From Clostridia bacterium (lineage in GTDB: Bacteria; Bacillota; Clostridia; DUPQ01): a DNA stretch of 64,000 nucleotides. The stretch is from assembly GCA_041678685.1 (NCBI GenBank), contig JBAYNV010000001.1, positions 4,498 through 68,497 on the forward strand, in the 5' to 3' direction. This document shows, one piece after another, positions 60,109 through 64,000 of this stretch. Position 1 is the first letter of the stretch. Each line of letters starts with the position of its first letter. The position numbers were made by a program, and so were the translations under genes. The notes beneath the pieces were generated by a model. It ran no database searches. It saw only the letters and a list, made by a program, of their open reading frames with translations, and had not been told where the DNA came from.

Positions 60109-61842
60109 TTAAGCCGTCTTTATGACCGAATCCTTCTCTAATTCCTCTTTTTCCAGCACACGGTATGCGACTTTTCCTACCAGGGTCTTGGGAAGATCCT
60201 TTCGAAATTCGATCTCATAAGGCATTGCGTACTTGGCTATATTCTTCCTGCAGTATTCCAGTATGCACTGTCTGGTTTCCTCATTCTCAGCAAATCCCGG
60301 TTTAAGGACCACAAATGCTTTGACTTTCTGCGTCTTATACGGATCCTTAACACCGATCACGCAGCTCATGCTTACCGCCTCGTGAGCATCTATTATATTC
60401 TCTATCTGCGATGGATATACATTGTATCCCGATGTTATGATCATCCTCTTTATCCTCTGGGAGAAATATATAAATCCCTCATCATCCATTTTCCCCAGGT
60501 CCCCTGTATGGAGCCATACATATCCATCATCATGAGTCCTTAAAGTGTCAGCGGTCTCTTTTGCATTGTTACAGTACTCAATCATAACAGACGGCCCGTG
60601 AAGGCATATTTCACCTTCTTCGTCATAAGGCACTTCCTGTGTGGTCCCGACTTTGACTATTTTGTAATATGTATCAGGATACGGGATGCCTATGCTTCCT
60701 TCTTTATAAAAATCCTTAGGTGTCAGGCAGCTTGCGGTAACGCATTCAGTGGTGCCGTATCCTTCCCTTACCTGTACTTTTGCGCCATGATCTTTCAGGA
60801 ATTTATCCAGCTTCTTCTTAAGCTCTATCGATAATGAATCTCCGCCCGAGAACACGCCCTCAAGACATGAAAGATCCACTTTATCCATATACGGGTTTCT
60901 TAACAGAGCTTCAAACAGTGTCGGAACGCCTGCGATATAGTTAGGTCTTTTCTTTTTAAGGAGTTTCGCATATGATGCGGCGTTGAAACGCGGTACAAGT
61001 ATGCATTTGCACGAATTTGACAGCATCGCATGTATGCACACGCCAAGGCCGAATCCGTGGAATACAGGCATGATGGAAAGCATCGCATGCCCTAAATGTA
61101 TGCAGTCGCCTGCTGTTATGGTCTGCATTGAAAGTGCATTGAAATTCAGGTTGGAAAGCAGTATGCCTTTTGTCGTTCCGGTCGTGCCGCCGCTGTAAAG
61201 TATAACAGCAGGGTCGTTGCCTTTTCTCTTGACGGCATATTCACCCTTATATTTTGCGCCAAGACGCATAAAATCGTTGTAATCGACGATGTCAGCATCC
61301 TTTGGCACTTTCTTTATTTTTCTGCCCTGTGTAAGCCAATAACCTGCAGCCATAGGGATATTCAGTTCATCTTTTATGGATGTGATAATGAGATACTCAA
61401 GTTTATAATTATTCCTTATAGCTTCAAATTTAGGATAGAACTGATCCAGAGTAATAGCAGCCCTGCTCTTGGAATCCTTCAGAAAGAACTCTATTTCGCC
61501 TTCTGATGACAGCGGATGTACCATATTGCCGATAGCTCCTATCAGGTTCAGACCGTAAAACATGAAGAGAGCCTGAGGGCTGTTGGGCATGCAGATCGTT
61601 ACCTTGTCGCCAGGCTTTATCCCCATACGTACGAGCGCTTTTGCACAGGTATGTACTTTTTCGACAAATTTCCTGTATGTGCATTCTACGCCCAAAAAGT
61701 CATATGCTTTTACTTCGGGGTGTTTCTTTGCACATTCCTCTACCATATCAAACATGGAAACATCAGGATATTCCAGATGAAATGGTATGTCTTTGTAACT
61801 GGACAGCCATGGAGCCTTAATCGTTGTATTCAATTTTTTCAC
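60109..61842 (-). CDS. AMP-dependent acyl-CoA synthetase/ligase (FadD-like)
   Basis: AMP-binding motif YSGGTTGTTKG, the GYGTTE core and the C-terminal lysine region. 577 aa. Confidence 0.85.
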   Translation of the reverse strand: MKKLNTTIKAPWLSSYKDIPFHLEYPDVSMFDMVEECAKKHPEVKAYDFLGVECTYRKFVEKVHTCAKALVRMGIKPGDKVTICMPNSPQALFMFYGLNLIGAIGNMVHPLSSEGEIEFFLKDSKSRAAITLDQFYPKFEAIRNNYKLEYLIITSIKDELNIPMAAGYWLTQGRKIKKVPKDADIVDYNDFMRLGAKYKGEYAVKRKGNDPAVILYSGGTTGTTKGILLSNLNFNALSMQTITAGDCIHLGHAMLSIMPVFHGFGLGVCIHAMLSNSCKCILVPRFNAASYAKLLKKKRPNYIAGVPTLFEALLRNPYMDKVDLSCLEGVFSGGDSLSIELKKKLDKFLKDHGAKVQVREGYGTTECVTASCLTPKDFYKEGSIGIPYPDTYYKIVKVGTTQEVPYDEEGEICLHGPSVMIEYCNNAKETADTLRTHDDGYVWLHTGDLGKMDDEGFIYFSQRIKRMIITSGYNVYPSQIENIIDAHEAVSMSCVIGVKDPYKTQKVKAFVVLKPGFAENEETRQCILEYCRKNIAKYAMPYEIEFRKDLPKTLVGKVAYRVLEKEELEKDSVIKTA

Positions 61843-62710
61843 CTATAGGCCTTTCTAGTATTGTCGGATTAGCAATAATATATTTCAAAAGTTTTGCGGT
61901 CCTGGCAAAGTAGAAGCCATCGCCGATCCTTTCGTCCAATGTTATACCGAAATTGACAACATCCCTTATAGCCTTGTTGCCGTCATTGTCTATGAGTTCT
62001 TCCTTGTGTATTTCTCCTATGCACAGTACGACTGAGTTCGTTCCATAATTATTGAGATGATGATATGGCGCATCGCATTTGATGCTTCCAAGATTCGATA
62101 TGAGCACCGATGAATAATTGGTATCGCCCTTCTGGAATCCCTTCGGATACAGATCAAAATAGATCAGGATCCTCATGAGGCCGCTGAATATGCTGTTGAC
62201 CCATCTTGGCAGTTTTTTAAGAAAATCCAAAGATGCATCCACAGTATTGGTTCCATCGTTGCGGACTTTTGATACGTCCCCGACGATAAGTTTTGATACA
62301 TCCTTAAGCGTCTGGTCAGGTTTTACTTTCATGGATATAAGGACCTCGGCGGCTTCTTCCTCGAATTTCCTTTTAGCCACGAAAGACAGGATTATGTCAT
62401 GTCTTTCATAATACTTGTTCGCTATTATGTATCTGTTGAGCAAAGGCCTCATATATACGACTTTTGCTATCGCTGTGACAAAAGCATGGAAATATGTCGT
62501 CTTCTGCCCGGGATTCGCCTCATTGAGATCCTTCACATACTTCATGAGGTCGGTACAATCCATTTTCTCTTTTATCCAGACTTCGGCTTCCGTTCTTTTA
62601 GGCATAATATATGGGAAGAATGCATGACATCCGTCCAATTCATTATTCCTGATCCTGCGGGCATCGTTCCTGTCGCCTAAACGGCGCTTTACTTTTTCTT
62701 CACCACTCAT
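61817..62710 (-). CDS. 2-oxoacid dehydrogenase E2 / CAT-fold acyltransferase-like protein with DHR->DER substitution
   Basis: The C-terminal region is collinear with the E2 catalytic domain (SNLGSI...GTNSVVLCIGEI...LDERIGDG vs TNGG...SAILGMHAI...DHRxxDG). I prefer the start at MSGEEKV (GGGGAG SD) over the track GTG at 62749. Confidence 0.4.
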   Translation of the reverse strand: MSGEEKVKRRLGDRNDARRIRNNELDGCHAFFPYIMPKRTEAEVWIKEKMDCTDLMKYVKDLNEANPGQKTTYFHAFVTAIAKVVYMRPLLNRYIIANKYYERHDIILSFVAKRKFEEEAAEVLISMKVKPDQTLKDVSKLIVGDVSKVRNDGTNTVDASLDFLKKLPRWVNSIFSGLMRILIYFDLYPKGFQKGDTNYSSVLISNLGSIKCDAPYHHLNNYGTNSVVLCIGEIHKEELIDNDGNKAIRDVVNFGITLDERIGDGFYFARTAKLLKYIIANPTILERPIGEKIEYND

Positions 62711-62838
62711 AAACTCCCCTAAATCCCATTCAGGTATTTCCCCAAACACCCGGATGCGTTATTTATTTTTCAGATCTAAAACCACTATGCAATATATTAC
62801 TATCAATATATCTATATATCAATAATAATCAGTATGCC

Positions 62839-64000
62839 CTAAATCAGTATTTTTGTTCTTCTTCTCGGCTTATTCTGTTTCTTTCTGATTATCAGATCGC
62901 AGTATCTTTCCTCCACATCCGGTATTATCTCATCCCATGATATAGGTATCGTCTTCTGAGCGTTCCTGCCAACTTCCTTAGCCATTCCGGGATGATCGAA
63001 AAGAACATCAGAAAGCACAGCTTCAAGATCCATCGGATCATTGTCGCATAAGAATCCGTTCTCCTTATGTCTGATCCCTTCTGCGGCACTGCTTCCCTTA
63101 ACGACTATAGAGGGAGTGCCCATTGCCGCTGCTTCCCTTACGACCATGGGTCCGTTATCATATATGGACGGAAATGCAAAAATATCAGCTGCCCCGTATA
63201 ACCCGTCAAGTATCTGTATATCCGTTATATGCCCTGTCATTTCTACCCTGTCAGACAGATCCAGTTCCTCTATCTTCTGTATTATTTCATCAGCATGAGG
63301 TCCCTGCCCTGCAAGGATGAGTTTAACGAGCCTACCCTTTGTTTTCAGTATTTTTACGGCCTGAAGGATGCATAATATATTCTTTTTCCAGTTCATCTGA
63401 CCTACAAACAAAACAACGGGCACTGCGGAAAGGTTATACATCGTTCTTACTTTATCGATATATTTTTTATTAGGTTTTCTTATCTCAGTGCCATTCCTCA
63501 TCACCTTTATATCGCCTTTATATCCGTAACTCATAAGAGACTCGGCAGAACCCTCGCTGACTGCCCATACTTCATCGCATTTCTCGTAAAAGTCAGAGAC
63601 TAGTTTGACACCGGCTGAAGCAAGCTGCTGGAATTTCATTACCTGCAGAAAATCATCGTAATATTTGGAATGGAATGTTCCCACGACAGGAACTTTCAGT
63701 TTCTTTGCTATGCGGATGCCCTCATATCCTGTCATGAACGGGCTGTGTACATGTACTATATCAAAGCTGACGGTTTTTATCCTTTCGTGATAATGCATAT
63801 CCCAAAGCGGCATCCCCGCCTTGTACTGGGGAGTGTCAGGTACGCTTATACCGTAGAAGTCGATTACTTCAAAAGGGTATCTGCCCCGAAAACCCATATC
63901 CGTCATAGGCGTTATCACATAACACTCATGCCCGCGCCTGCTCAATGTTTCCGCATAGCTGTATACTACCCTTCCTACACCGTCAACTACCGGCAGAAAT
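62839..64000 (-). CDS. GT4-family glycosyltransferase (5' end beyond window)
   Basis: The in-frame translation continues upstream of the track's TTG: ...PVVDGVGRVVYSYAETLSRRGHECYVITP is a typical GT4 N-terminal motif. The C-terminal region is Rossmann-like. Confidence 0.7.
   Translation of the reverse strand, partial: FLPVVDGVGRVVYSYAETLSRRGHECYVITPMTDMGFRGRYPFEVIDFYGISVPDTPQYKAGMPLWDMHYHERIKTVSFDIVHVHSPFMTGYEGIRIAKKLKVPVVGTFHSKYYDDFLQVMKFQQLASAGVKLVSDFYEKCDEVWAVSEGSAESLMSYGYKGDIKVMRNGTEIRKPNKKYIDKVRTMYNLSAVPVVLFVGQMNWKKNILCILQAVKILKTKGRLVKLILAGQGPHADEIIQKIEELDLSDRVEMTGHITDIQILDGLYGAADIFAFPSIYDNGPMVVREAAAMGTPSIVVKGSSAAEGIRHKENGFLCDNDPMDLEAVLSDVLFDHPGMAKEVGRNAQKTIPISWDEIIPDVEERYCDLIIRKKQNKPRRRTKILI

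Overview
This is a low-GC Firmicutes-type chromosomal window (Clostridia-like codon usage and gene order) in two parts.

Left part (1-18.3 kb), housekeeping and carbohydrate genes:
- lysS 5' end (runs off the window) and greA.
- A cytoplasmic GH140/DUF4038-like glycoside hydrolase.
- A tightly packed 7-gene minus-strand operon: DeoR regulator, ceramidase-like hydrolase, FGGY kinase, FucI/AraA-like isomerase, SIS isomerase, archaeal-type TIM homologue, YjbQ.
- A tRNA-His/Gln/Lys cluster with its own promoter and terminator.
- A LeuA/NifV-family synthase and a GPH-family symporter.
- A GltS-like transporter divergent from a DapA/NanA-family lyase plus a BNR-repeat (sialidase-like) hydrolase.

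Right part (18.7-59.9 kb), a nearly complete flagellar and chemotaxis regulon split into convergent units:
- A plus-strand sigma-A early operon: flgB-flgC-fliE-fliF-fliG-fliH-fliI-fliJ-ylxF-fliK-flgD-flgE-flbD-motA-motB-fliL-fliM-fliY-cheY.
- A minus-strand early operon: fliO-P-Q-R-flhB-flhA-fliA.
- A late module directly after it, which I interpret as sigma-28-dependent: flgF-flgG-flgM-flgN-flgK-flgL-fliW-csrA, an HD-GYP gene, flagellin, flaG-fliD-fliS.
- A separate che operon with a sigma-28-type promoter: cheA-cheW-mcp-mcp-cheW-cheR-cheB-cheC-cheD.

The window ends with a FadD-like acyl-CoA ligase, a divergent E2/CAT-fold acyltransferase and a 5'-truncated GT4 glycosyltransferase.

I found no CRISPR array, transposase, integrase or recognisable defence system. 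The most interesting material is regulatory and the two uncharacterised sugar clusters:
- Three sigma-28 promoter candidates.
- A palindrome over the flgB promoter.
- GGA-rich leaders that may bind CsrA.
- An HD-GYP gene wedged between csrA and flagellin.
- No flhF/flhG between flhA and fliA.

All protein identities come from motif recognition by eye on the translations, not from database searches.
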